A DNA stretch of 63,305 bases, counting the filler, from Octopus bimaculoides (taxonomy: Eukaryota): NCBI RefSeq assembly GCF_001194135.2. It is 8 parts of 6 records of this genome, joined end to end, with 100 filler letters (N's around TTAATTAATTAA, not from the genome) between each part and the next. Parts side by side here need not be neighbours in the genome. Positions count along the whole stretch, not along the records: positions 17,927 to 30,174 come from NC_068981.1; positions 30,275 to 41,177 come from NC_068981.1; 6 more parts are not named here. The stretch is one strand, 5' to 3'. The notes beneath the pieces were generated by a model that worked only from the letters and a program-made list of their open reading frames with translations, ran no database searches and was not told the origin of the DNA. Of this stretch, positions 27,868 through 41,177 are shown one piece after another (within the stretch, counting starts at the first letter, position 1; each line of letters begins with the position of its first letter). Both the position numbers and the translations under genes were made by a program.

Positions 27868-28419
27868 ACGCATACACACACAGGCACACATGTATATACA
27901 TATGTATATATTTATAAGCATGCATCTTCATAGTCGTATATATACATATATACATACGTACAAACATACGTACATAAAAATGTGAATATATGTGTGCGTG
28001 TGAGGAGAGGGGGGGATTTTGTGTGTTTACCTAATTATGCAATGTTATGTTTAGAGAACAATAGGAAATTGACATTGTCATAACCTATTGTCTGTTTAAT
28101 GACAGCCAACAAGGGAGCGTCTGTGTCGTTTACTCGACACGCAAGAATTAGCAGCCAAGTCTCTCACTGATCACAGAAATAAACGACAAAGATATGTTTG
28201 ATAATGTGGTTGAGTTCAGCGTGACGGGATCGCCACGGCTGCAACGCCTGCTGAATGCAGTCTGCCCTACCACTGTACAACTACAACCACCAGGTCTTCT
28301 TTTCAGCCATTCTATGATTATGCTAGAGAGTGATAGTGGTGGGGGAGGGGCGGAGGTAAAAACCTCATTAGAATAATTCGTCTATTAATAATATAATGGA
28401 CAGTTGTCTTTTACTTGTT

Positions 28420-28825
28420 CCAGGCACCGCCTTGAAATATTTGTAGTCGGACAAATGGACCTCACTACTAACTTTTATTTTTACAACATACTTTATTCTT
28501 TCGGTACAATTTGCCGAACCACCAAGTTACAGGGACATAAAAACACCAACAGCGGTTGTCAAGTGGTAGTGGGGAATAAACACAGACACACGAGCACACA
28601 CAGATAGATAGATAGATAGATAGATAGGTAGATAGAGTGTTCTCTAAACACACACGCACACAGTTGACGGGCTTCTTTCAGTTTTCGTCTAACAAATCCA
28701 CTCACAGGGCTTTGATAGGTCCGAGACACTTGGTAAAAGACGCTCGCCCACAGTGTCACGCAGTGGGACTGAACCCAGAACCATTTGGTTGGGTAGCAAA
28801 CTTCATACCACGCAGCCACACCTAC
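28420..28825 (-). mobile_element. SINE family A, diverged copy
   Basis: Both halves present, with an internal (GATA)n tract in place of (CA)n. Confidence 0.75.
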
Positions 28826-29286
28826 GTCTAGATTAAAAGAATGATATTCTGGGATTTTAAACAACAGACAAAAGAAAATATTGTAATCGTTGTTTTTCTG
28901 CTTTTGTTGTTGTTAGTGACGATGTTGTTGTCGGTGGCGGTGGTGGTGGTGGTGGTGGTGGTGCGGAGCGTGTACTATTGGTCGTGGTAGTGGAGGTGTT
29001 GGTGTTGATTTTCCTGCTGCTGCTGTTGCAGTTGGTGTTGTTGATACGTCTTGTGCATGACTTTAAAGTGCATTCGACCGTGGGGCCCTTGCTCGGGTTT
29101 CCAAGTTTTTGAGCTATGTAGAATCACTTCATAGTAGCGTTTCTTTACTCATTGTCTACCAACAAGCCTAGTATGTGCACTCACTCTGTACCTCTTATAT
29201 TAACACACTTTATTTCTTTTTTACTCTTTCTCTGTCTGTCTCTCTCTCTCTCTCTCTCTATCTATCTCTATCTATCTATCTATCTA

Positions 29287-29360
<74 letters not shown>

Positions 29361-30037
29361 AACCTCACTCTATACGATGTAAAACGGGATTGGAGAAATT
29401 CAACCATCCAACCAACCAACCGGCTATCATTATTAAATAATGATTATTACATTCTATAATAACAGAAATCATTATTTCTATAAGAAATGATCATTAAAAA
29501 TAGATATTTAGAAATATATTTAAGACTTTCCATCGGCATTTCTTGTATTTCCGTTCCCAGTACGGTTTGGGTGGAGTCAACGTTATCATACCCTGGCTGC
29601 CAGGATTTTATATACCACAGGAGACGTATAAAGGAACAGCAGTCTAGGGGAGGGGGCAACAGACATAATGGAACAATCTTCTTTTTTTCTTTCAGTAATT
29701 ATATTTTGTTTAGCAGTTTTAGCCATCTGGTTCTACTAAATATGTGTTAAATCGCTGCTATTACACACATTTCTACACCGAATCGTTTGTAATGCATCGC
29801 ACACGTTACTCAGATTTCGGTTCAAACCCTACACAGGATCTATACTTATCCGCAGAGAACATTGCACAGTTCCAGTGTTTGGTTGCTACGATGTGGAACA
29901 GGTCGGGGGTTCTTATGTAATGACGTTTTGAAAGCCCAAGTGAACTTGAAACGCTGTATATGTTATAAACAGTTTTGAATGGTACAACAACGCACTATAA
30001 TACAAAAAGATGGACTATATACCTGTTGTAATTTAGT

Positions 30038-30092
30038 TATCTATAGTCCGATGATATTTCGGAATACAATTCCTTCTTCAGATATTCTTAGA
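30038..30092 (-). ncRNA. Candidate minimal hammerhead ribozyme
   Basis: Minus strand CTGAAGA (30081-30075), extra A, GGAAT-TGT-ATTCC stem II, GAAA (30060-30057), palindromic ATAT stem III, AUC site. Proximal stem I is only 2 bp. Confidence 0.45.
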
Positions 30093-30112
30093 TTGAGTCG
30101 CTGCTATAATCT

Positions 30113-30174
30113 GTTTTCCAACGGCTTTTCTTTTTTTGAGACGCTTCCGAAAAAAAGAAAAGCCGTTGGAAAAC
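30113..30174. repeat. Perfect 25-bp inverted repeat with 12-nt loop
   Basis: gttttccaacggcttttcttttttt (30113-30137) / aaaaaaagaaaagccgttggaaaac (30150-30174); ends at a gap. Confidence 0.9.
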
Positions 30175-30391
30175 NNNNNNNNNNNNNNNNNNNNNNNNNN
30201 NNNNNNNNNNNNNNNNNNTTAATTAATTAANNNNNNNNNNNNNNNNNNNNNNNNNNNNNNNNNNNNNNNNNNNNACACATATATATTGTTATATTTCGGG
30301 ACGGTCATTTTTTTTCTAGCCACAAAAACACTCACGCACTATATATTCGTTCTTCACTCGTTTATTTTCCTTATTTTATCTTATGTCCATT

Positions 30392-30432
30392 GTCTGGAAA
30401 TCGTCACTCAACTGTGACCTCTTCAGCTACGT
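30392..30432 (-). ncRNA. Decayed hammerhead relic related to the 57262 ribozyme
   Basis: Minus strand CTGAAGA-G-GTCAC-AGTTGA-GTGAC-GATT; the stem II arms match 57273-57288, but GAAA reads GATT. Confidence 0.35.
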
Positions 30433-31129
30433 GTCTCTTTTCTCCCCTGTGTCTCATACTGGGTATGCTTAATCATTGCCTGGTTTTATACAACTGGCGA
30501 ATACACATGGGCTTTTTAGAAGAGTTCACTGTGCTTTAAGTAGTTAGAAGAGGTGTATGTACGCACAAGGTCTATGCACACAAGAATATGTATTTGTATT
30601 TATATATCGAAACAGGAGTTTGTAAAAAATGTTGTTATTATTCATTCATTTGCTAATAAGTTACAAAATTGCAACTGTAGGAAAAACATGTAAGATATGC
30701 CCTATCAGAAATTCTTCAGATAGGGAATCAAATAGCATTAGCAAATGAATCACGCGTAATGGTCAATAAATGATACAGAACTTTTTTTCCCCAATCTCCT
30801 CGTTTCATACGTTATTTCGCTGCAAATACGATTTCCCAGGATTTTACAACTCGTGCATGCCTTACACTATTATAACATCTACATACTATTTTAAAGTACT
30901 GGAATATACAGATATGCTTCATGAACACACAGCTTGGATAATAGCCCTATCTATCTGTATATAGATAGACANNNNNNNNNNCACACACACACACACACAC
31001 ACACAAATGCATATTTGTGAGTGCATGTTTAAATTTGTGTGTACTGATGCGTGAGAGTGTTGTGTAGTATATATATTTCGTTTACTAATCTGGGATTATA
31101 ATATGATTTTCTCACTCTTACTCTTTGTT

Positions 31130-31315
31130 CATCTATCATTTTTGGTTTCAAATTTTGGCGCAAGGCCAGTAATTTGGGGGATGTGTAAGTCGATTACGTG
31201 AGTGCTCAACTGTTACTCATTTTTTCGACCCAGAAAGGATGAAAGGTAAAGTCAACCTCGGTGGTATTTGAACGCATTTTATCCGGCGCGGTAACGATTC
31301 TGCCAGCCTACTGTT
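31130..31315 (-). mobile_element. SINE family D
   Basis: gacccagaaaggatgaaaggtaaagtcaacctcggtgg..cgattctgccagcct is the reverse complement of the family D body and head. Confidence 0.7.
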
Positions 31316-33502
31316 TTTAATATATCTTTCATATTACAAAAACAAAAAAGCATGAGGATGAGGATGATGATGATGATGATGACAATGAAAGTCGGCACCT
31401 ATTTTGTGTTGTTGTTGGTGGTGGTGTAGTTGTTGCTGCTACTGTTCATAACTATGATAACAAATACAGTGGCGAGTAAACTGGACAAAAAGTCGACATA
31501 TTAAAAACGAAATATCTCAACTGTAACTAGACTAGTCCTTATCAATATTCTATACTATTGTGACATGATAGAGCTTCAAAGCCTCAAAACTATACTATTA
31601 TATTTGATAGACAGTACATGATACATGTTTGTACGATACGCATGTGTGTGTGTGTAGTGTTTATGTGTATGTGTAGTGTTTGTGTGTGTGTGTGTGTAGG
31701 AACAAATAAGTAGCATGTATACATGCACACAGACACACACACAGACATTTATATGTATAAGTTTATGCATGTATGCATTATGTATGTATATACATACCTA
31801 TCTTCCTACCTGCCTACCTACCTACCTACCTACCTACCTACCTACATTCATACATACATACATACATACATACATACATACATACATACATACATACAGA
31901 ATGAGGTAATGGAGAAAGGTAGAGTAAAAGCAGAAGTTATATGTAGAGAACGGCTGACTATAAGTAGTCCAGGCCCATTTATAATTACAGTCCAATTATA
32001 GAACCTCTTTTATATATCCTGTCTGCAAAATTTGACTAGAAGAAATTGAAGATAGCACCAGACTTATTTATTTAAAGGAAAATGGAGTCGGGATAATTCA
32101 GATTCTCTCCCTTGCACTTTCCACGTCAAGCTTTTTCTGTTTGTATCTATCTTTATTTCAAGAGAGTATGATGTAATCTGAGCGATACTAAGTCACTATT
32201 TCTAGTTGTTCATGCGACCACTTATAAAGTTTGTATCGTTAGATCACTGAGTGTGGTTTACAACTGGTTCGCTTTTGATAACAGTTTTGTTGCTAAATAA
32301 CAACAAAAACACTTCTACATTTCGCATATTTTCTCTCCCCTATACAGCATATCTTCATTCCTTTTTGATGTTATCATTTTAGGGTTCGGGACTGGAATAT
32401 TGTTACTGCTCTTGGAATTTGCTGGAATAGTTGATAATTTCATTTGATTATTAAATCTTAATTGGAACAGTATATATTTAAGAATATAAAACTATAAATA
32501 ACAGCATGTAAATATTGAGTTCATGATCCTTTTTGAGTCGAAGGCTGACCGTCGTCTCAAACAAACCTCTGTACGTATGGCATGTGTTCCACCATTAGAC
32601 TACTGCAACCCTTTTAATTTCTCTATCAATTGCAGAAACTTTATTCTTTCTCGCGAAAATTGTACGTTATTGATGTCATAGGGAATTATAAACTTTCAAG
32701 ACAACATGAAACAATACTTTTCCGGCATAGTGGATCTCGAAACACATAAAGCTATAAGTAATAGCATGTAAATATTGGGATGAACATCCCTTAAGTCTAT
32801 AAATTCTTATGACCTCAGTAATTTGATATTTATTTAGCTATTTTGTGTTACAAGACCTTGATCTCCCTTGTATAACTTCTATTTCTGCAATATCTCAATA
32901 ACATGTTCATAAAAGATGAGAAAAATGTCATTAGTATCTTGCCTGTGATGCAATATTGAACTTAGAGAATACATTCAGTAGTTATTTATGGTCCAGCTTT
33001 GTTTACTTGATTGGCTCAATTTCATATTGTGGAAGATATTTCCTTACTAACATTAATTGTATCTTGACATTACTTTGTACTGCGAAATACAGTTAATGGA
33101 TTTTCTGAGAACTCGTAAGTAAACAAACATGAATTTGAACTCTTTACATTTCCTTAAATAAAAAAGCAACTGCAAAAAAGAAAGTCACCCATACAAATTC
33201 AACTATTATATATCATGTGCTTTGCGTCTTAGATGTTATTCTTATTAGCTCTCTTTCTCAATGTCAAAAAAACACAACATTTCTGTTTATTTCGCGATCC
33301 ATCTGCTGGCACATCGGAACATCTTACAGTGAGGCTACACTTCAGGTAAAACCCCAAATAAAGAAGCAACAAGTTGTCTTCCGCAATTCACCGAAAAGAA
33401 AACAATAACATTAAGCATTGAGCAATATTCTTTTCTTTCACCACAAACGAATCCCACATAAGACTTTAAGTTTCTTGATTTTGCTCATTTAAATGTGTTC
33501 GA

Positions 33503-33872
33503 GTGGAGGTGCAATGAATCAGTGGTTAGGGCAGCGGATTCGGGGTCATAGGATCGCGGTTTTGATTCCCAGACCTGGCGTTGTGAGTGTTTATTGAGCG
33601 AAAACACCTAAAGCTCCACGAGGCTCTGGCAAGGGATGGTGGCGAACCCTGCTGTACTCATTCACCACAACTTTCTCTCACTCTTACTTCCTGTTCCTGT
33701 TGTGCCTGTAATTCAAAGAGTCAGCCTTGTCACACTGTCACCTTACTACGTTAAGGGTACACGTGTCTGTGGAGTGCCCAGCCACTTGCACGTTAATTTC
33801 ACGAGCAAGCTGTTCCGTTGATCGGATCAACTGGAACCCTCGACGTCGTAAGCGACGGAGTGCCAACAACAA
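33503..33872 (+). mobile_element. SINE family C, full length
   Basis: tRNA-like head; 3' end ggatcaactggaaccctcgacgtcgtaagcgacggagtgccaacaac; homologous to the 11887 and 40175 copies. Confidence 0.88.
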
Positions 33873-36379
33873 ATGTGTTCGAGCATTCTGGTTTGAAAAC
33901 TTGTCATGTTTGCAGTCTTCTTTTAAAATACATATTGTTTGTTTTAACCACCTACATGATTATTTACTTCCTTTCGACTTTATAATTCTTTTGTTTTTTT
34001 TGCATGATTAGAAACTTGGATGGTTACTTGAGTTTTTCTACTGATGGTTGATATGCGTCTTACAATCAGGCTAACATGTTCTCGTGTCCTGTTAACCACA
34101 CTGAAGCAAAATTTCTAATGATTTCGTTCAGTGATTAGTCTAATGTGGACATCTCCTACATTTATTTCCCCACTTGGATATACCTAACACTGATACATAA
34201 CACTTATATAACAAATACAAGGGCTTCTTTAACTCGGTTCACAGTCAACCGAAGAAATTGATATAAAGACCTGGTTGATAAAATACTTGTGGAATGGCGC
34301 AGCAAGTTACAACGTCGTTTGTATTATGGCGCAGACACTATTTAGTTTGATCCGCTCCATGATTTCCACATTCTGAACAGTCTAGACAAATAAAAATTAT
34401 CGATCCATCAGCTCATGGTGTAATTTAGCTTCTAGTTAACAGCAAAAGCTATAACAACAGAAAGGTGAGCTCTAAAATCATGATGCAATTAATTTCATGA
34501 TCGACCAGTCATTATATACCTCATTAATCCAGTATTGGAAAATTCATTAATCCTGTATAGGGTAATTAAAAATATATTGCATAAAAGTAATGTAAAAATA
34601 GAGGACGGAGATAAAATACATCAAGTTTAGTGGCGAGAAAATGTTCTCTTGAAAAGAACAACAAACTTCGCAAAACTCTAATGCAAGTATAACGCATCAA
34701 AAAACTGCAGTTGTGTATACGAAATATATGAATGTGTATGAGTACACATTCAGAAGAGTGTATTTATGTGTGAGTGTGTGCGTATGCGTGTGTTGGTGCG
34801 GATGTATGTGTTGTTGTGTCTTGCGTGAGTGTTTGAGAGAAAAATGACTGAACAAAATAGTCAAAGAGAAAAAATAGAAAATAGATTCAGATAATGTACT
34901 GCAACACTAGGAGAGAAGGAGAGAGAAAGAGAAAGAGAGAAAGAGGGGGAGAAAAAGAGAAAGAGGTGGGAGAGATAGAAAGAGAGAAAGATGAAGAGAA
35001 AGAAACGGAGAAAATACAGAAAATAGGTCTCGACACAGAACAGACGTCACACTTAGATGAGACTCTATATACTATCACCACTTGGAAGATGGCATATCAG
35101 GTGATTAACTTACAATAAAAGAAAACCTATGCTATTTCGTTTGTCTGTTTTATATATATGTTTATTTTTTCTGTTATGTCATGAAGAACTAGATTGTCAA
35201 ATGAAAAATTAAGTGATGTTGATGCATTGATAACATAGGCAAGCAGTCAGTTTCTCCACAAATCTAGCTACGTATATTATTTCTTGCTCATTATATGCAA
35301 TAATTTCGACATGAATATTATATGTGCGTTCATGTGTGTACTTATGTGTCTAATACGATAGCAACATAGAACGAGAACGCGATTTCCTGAGCTTTTTACA
35401 TATGGTTGTAAGAAAATCAGTTGTTCCACATAAGATATTGCGTTCCAACCGTGACCAAGCAGTATTAATATATTAAAACTACAAACTTGTCTATCCAGTA
35501 TTTGTATATTAAATCGAATATAAATTTCTCCTTTTTAGACATCGAGACTGTACTTAAGTTTTGTTGGAGGCACATCATTTTCTGCGGTTCTGCTGAATGA
35601 ACAATCCAGTTACCAAGTAGGACCGGGTAAACTCTTTAATATTTCCGATAGCAAGGTAACATTTCAGATGTTGGTGCCACAAGAAAATGTCCGCAATAGT
35701 GGACAATAAGAAGGACTTCTTGCTGATGATAACATTCCCCAAAATTGGACGAATGAACACATTTTCTTTTATGTTGCCACCGGCAATAATAATGAGCCCT
35801 ATCTGTTCCACAAAAAGAAAAAGTAAAAAGCTGAATGGCCAAGGCTGAGGAAACAACTAATGCAAAGCCACTGCGTACCGTGAACTATGACACAGGGAAA
35901 GAAAGCTTTCGTTGCATTAATACCAGCACTTGTTCTTAACACATTTGAGCGTGCTGAATTCAAATCTGAGGTTAGCTTTTCTCTATAAGCTCTAGATTTT
36001 ATGCAATTCAACATACTCATTTTTCTCGAAACTTAAACATCTCTCACATGGTGACATGGCCCGTCTGAAAAATTTACGGCCATACAAACTTAGAATTAGA
36101 CTCAAAATAACCGCCTGGTGGCCTTATATGAAGGTGCATGGCTTAGGGGCTAGGGTGCTGCACACACAATTGCAAGATCGTGGTTTCAGTTCCCAGACCG
36201 GGCGTTGTTTTGTATTTTTGAGCAAAACATTTCGTTTCACGTTTCTCTGAGATCATTTCGTCATGTGACATGTCACATGTATCACCAGTACAGTTAATGT
36301 CGATTTGATGGAGGGAGTGAGCTTATGTGAACAGAAACATTTGATCACTATAAACAAATTATCTGTGCAGTTTAAACAA

Positions 36380-36600
36380 AGCGAAAGTGCATTAGCTCTA
36401 AAATAACACGGAGTAGACTGAGGTTAGCTGAACATGCTGAACATCATTCAGAGATGATACTGCAAACAGTGCTCCTGTGGGAGCCCCTGCACGGACACAC
36501 TAGAAGAGGGAGACCGAAGATGACATATGTTGATGCCCTAAGGACAGACACTGGTCTCTTGGAGATACAGGACATGACAGTGATGATGAGGGACAATTTT
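36380..36600 (+). mobile_element. RTE LINE C-terminal fragment
   Basis: Translates as SRLRLAEHA..LLWEPLHGHTRRGRPKMTYVDALRTDTG. Confidence 0.55.
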
Positions 36601-36654
36601 ACCCGCCCTTTATAAATATGTGTGTATGTGTGTGTGTGTGTGTGTGATTTGATT

Positions 36655-38110
36655 CACTGGTCAACAAAGTTTTTGTTGCATTGATATCAACACTTGATAT
36701 TACCTAATTTGAGGGCATAGATTTTAGGTCTGAAGTTGGTTATTTCCTAAATGTTCTAATTGTTTTGCAATCAAGGTATTTCAAAGTCTCAAAATTTCAT
36801 CTTCTTCACATTGACATCATAGTCTATCAGGAGAAATATGTGATTGAACACTTTTTAAATTAACTGGGTAATAAGAAAGAAAATACATGGTATAAATTTA
36901 TTCAAGAATACAATTTGAAACACTTACCCTAATAAGCAAACGTTATAGTTTATTTAAACATGATTGATTAATAAGACATTAGTTACTATGAATAGGCAAA
37001 GCTCAATTGCAGTCTATTCATGCAAGTATTTGCGATTGAAGTTCTTACATTTGTGGTCAGTCTCGGGGTAATCATGCTAAACGCTCCAGCAGTGGTCTGC
37101 CATAATACGTTTGCTCAATCTCCCCTGGTAATACTCTTCGATGGTCTTGAGGTTCTGATAGAACCGCTCGCCTTGTTCTTCACTTACTGCTCCTAGGTTC
37201 TCAGGGAATCTATCAAGATGACTGTACAGGAAATGGAGTTTGACACTCATGTTACATCCAAGATTACGTAAAGCTCACAACATATTAGCTACGAGAGTTT
37301 CATAGTTTATTACCGAGAGCGTTTTCTATTACCGCCACGAATGAAAGCCATGCAGTCCTTTCCTTATTCATCTTTCTACCACTCATTACATATACATACA
37401 AATACACAGATGCTCATGAGGAAAAACTATGCGTTTGTCCAATATAGATTTCGTTGGAGGAGCATACAAACTTAGACGCAAATTTGTATAACATTTTCGT
37501 TGTAACTTCTGCGTGAATAATAATTAGTTTTGATGTGAGAATATTAATTCTGAATATATTCTTTTGAACTGGTGAAATTTGTTCCCTCGAGCTAATGTTA
37601 CGTGATAACTTTCAATCACTTTCGGTTTAGCCACAGTAAATTCTAACCTGTTCTTAAAAATAGTGTTAAATAGCTTAGTGATCTTTGTCATGACTTCGTT
37701 GGGAAGATAAATGCTTTGGGCAATTATAATTTTCTGTATCTGAAAATAGAACTCTGTTTACACCCCTCTGATTGACAACTGTTTAAAATCAATAGGCAAC
37801 ATCTAAAAATTGTGAACTGGGTAAATAACCTCTTAAGCTATTAAACTTGACCCAACAAATTCATCATCAAAGCATTAAGATGAACATATTAAAAATAAGA
37901 AAAGAAAACACGAAACTTAGTTGCCTACGAATTTACCTGATCTGGTGACAAGTGGAATTGAAGTGCTTGGTATATCTGAAACTAGTTTGAAAATTTGAAG
38001 AAAGCTACATTTCATCGATAATCTTGCTTCATATAGTATTGGTTATCATTAGCATAAAATTGCAGAAAACTTAATAAGCCCCTGGGCAAACGATTTCTCG
38101 TGACACAGTT
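36655..38110 (-). mobile_element. Chapaev3-like (CMC) DNA transposon relic, internally deleted
   Basis: Minus 37272-37080 reads LRNLGCNMSVKLHFLYSHLDRFPENLGAVSEEQGERFYQNLKTIEEYYQGR..MADHCWS, which I recognise as a Chapaev3-type transposase C-terminus. The left end begins CACTGGTCAACAAA; the right end near 38110 is imperfect. Confidence 0.6.
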
Positions 38111-40174
38111 TTAAAACGTACTCATAAAATGCTAAATATTTGCGATAAACTGAGCTAATGAGATATGTTCAAATGATGAGCTCTTTGAAGGTACGGATCA
38201 ACAGACGTTAATGGTTTAGAAGTGTTGCTTGTGTTTGTAAGCTATGATTATGAAGGTGTCATTGAAGAAGGTTTAATATTCTGCTGCTTTTGGAAAAATC
38301 ATGCTACACAGGAAACAAATTTAATTCATTTTGGGAGTAAAAAAAAAATGAAATTCATGTAATTTTCTTCTTGAATTTTGACTATAGTAATGGCAGGGAA
38401 GGAAATTTTCGGATTCCCTTGAATGTTAACAATATCAACTCATCTTAATTGCAAGGCAATATCAGTAAAACTAACGCTTCAAGATCTGAAATTTAGAGTG
38501 ATGATGTAAAATTGGCCAATTTTTACAAAATTGTGTCCACTAAATGCCATAATTGTCAGTTTATAATGAAAAAACAGTGCTGCAATATCTCTAGGAATGA
38601 AGGCAGCTTGTCTAAGAGTGAGGAGGGAGTAAATCTGAATAAAATCATGACATTCGTTGATCAGCAATTTAGTGATTCAGGGTGGAAGTGTGTAAACCAA
38701 TTCATACATTTATTACTCTTATCTTAGATCTTATATATGCATGCCTGTTGCTTTTAAACATGGATGTTGTTCTGCGGCTCATTAACAAGCAATGGTAATG
38801 TCTTCTATTGGCCTGCATCGAAAGCATTAGCGGCACGTTCCAGGTGACGGAAACATTGTAGGCGCTCTGCGAGCTTTTCAAAAGTGCGACTCCGTTCCAC
38901 TCAGCAATATGCGCACAGTTGCACTACAAATGATAGCATTGATGTCTGTCTACCGTAGATTCCGTGATTGGTCGCGCCTCTCGGAGAGACGCGTTTTACT
39001 TTTTGTAGTCCTGTGATATGATGCCTGTCCATGGCTACTACCGCTATATGTTGCTTGCTCCTCACGTTTGCGCCTCCACTTTGTGATATTTTTCAAATTT
39101 CCTGCGTTAGTACTGTTTGCTGAGTGCCTAAGATAACTGGTACTGATTTAAATAAGAATGTTATGGAAATACAGTCTTTCTCTACTTGTAATATATGGGG
39201 AAAAGAGAAAGAATAGTCTCCCGGTGAATATTTTCGTATTTTTTTATCGCTTCACAGAGAAGGCTTACCCCTTTTTCTTTCTCAATTAAGAGCATAGATC
39301 AGTTAATTTCTGAAACAGTCATAGATTACAAAAGATTGTACATTTGTGTATTTGAAGAGAAATCAATAATAAAACAATGTAAATTTTATGTACAACGTGA
39401 CGTAAATCAGAAAAGAAATCAATCCAAACAACAAAGTGCCATCGTGGAAGAAACAAGAGTGTAAACGCGTTTTCACTCTGCTGGAAATACATAGTCATTT
39501 GCTTATGTTCTTTTCATGCCTATCACATATCTCTTATCATCTGTCTCGAATGATTCATTTTAACTGGTGCCAGACGCGAGATTTAAACTCAGAACACTCA
39601 ATCCGGAACGTACTACTATGGACTGGCTTAGGATTTATCGCCCACTAACAGATGAAACACAGATAGGATCAAGATGCTATTTGAAGTCAGAGCGTAGAAA
39701 ATCGGAATACAAGACTCAAGGCATTCTATTCGCCGTTCCAGTGACTTCGTCAGTTCTTAGAGAGAGAGAGGGGGGAAGGAGAACGGAGGTAGGGTGAGAG
39801 AGAAGGAAGAGAGAATAGAGAGAAGTAGAGAGAGTAGAGAGAAGTAGAGAGAGGAAGGGTGCGATATAATACCCGAGAGGAAATGATATGAAGAAATAAA
39901 ATTATACGAATAAAACTAACATCATATATTCACACGTTTTCCTGAATAAAAATGGGTGTATATTTATTTTTTCCCCACATAACTATAACTGCATCTCCAT
40001 AAATCAAAGCGATAATCTTTGGCTATACAACTGGATTCCTTTATTATATTCTGCACACAGCATGAGTATTCGTACCCTCCCTACACCAGTTGTGGACTGG
40101 ATGTCATATCAGTGTCTTCCATCTGTTTCGCTTCTACAATCAATCTCAAAAGAAACATTGATACTTCCTGGGAA

Positions 40175-40560
40175 TTGTTGTTGGCACTCCGTCGCTTACG
40201 ACGACGAGGGTTCCAGTTAATCCGATCAACGGAACAGCCTGCTCGTGAAATTAGCGTGCAAGTGACTGAGCACTCCACACACACGTGTACCCTTAACGTA
40301 GTTCTCGGGGATATTCAGCGTGACACAGTGTGACAAGGCTGACTCTTTGAATTACAGGCACAACAGTAACAGGAAGTAAGAGTGAGAGAAAGGTGCGGTG
40401 AAAGAGTACAAAAGGGTTTACCACCATCCCCTGCCGGAGCCTCGTGGAGCTTTAGGTGTTTTCGCTCAATAAACACACACAACGCCCGGTCTGGGAATCG
40501 AAACCGAGATCCTAAGACCGCGAGTCCACTACCCTAACCACTGGGCCATTGAGCCTCCAC
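40175..40560 (-). mobile_element. SINE family C, full length
   Basis: Reverse complement of 33503-33872. Confidence 0.88.
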
Positions 40561-40874
40561 TACCTGGGAATATTCAGCCAACAAAATTCAGTTGCCTCTT
40601 CCTTTTCTATTTTTTATACCCACAAAACGAGTTTCGTTGAGCTCATTCAATTTTGCTGTTAGTTCAGAAAAATTTGTATTTTTCTTTTCTTGGAGATTAA
40701 TTTTCACAGCTATGTACTTACCACAGGATGCAGTATACCTACTTTGCATCATTCTTTCCTATGTAGTGAAATCCACTCTTCATACTCAATTTGGGAGGAA
40801 AAATCATTTCGTTCAGATCTCATGCTAACTAACCAACCAACAAACCAACCAGCCAACCAACCAACTAACCAAAC

Positions 40875-40931
<57 letters not shown>

Positions 40932-41116
40932 CTTGTTGGAATAACCGTCTAAGGGATAATACTATCCCTTCTTACTATCGGTATGATGTACCTATGCTAT
41001 CCCTGGGCGTGGGTATGCAAGCACACTATGCTCATAGGGTACAAGTAACAACAGAATAAACAAAAGTTTATCAGGAATCAAATTTAAATAAGCAGAAAAT
41101 GGAGAAAACTGTACAA

Positions 41117-41177
41117 GGCGGCGAGCTGGCGGAAACGTTAGCACGCCGGGCGAAATGTTTAGCGGTATATCGTCTGC
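41117..41177 (+). mobile_element. SINE family D head, CpG-intact, cut by gap
   Basis: ggcggcgagctggcggaaacgttagcacgccgggcgaaatgtttagcggtatatcgtctgc. Confidence 0.75.

Noticed and set aside
32735-32760. gatctcGAAACACAT, possibly a CpG-decayed GAAACGCGT hammerhead half
   Set aside because: No upstream CUGANGA or stem II partner is visible.
34887-35118. Charged E/R/K-rich ORF (similar ones at ~26000-26320 and ~7925)
   Set aside because: Derived from GA-rich low-complexity sequence; no splice or homology support.
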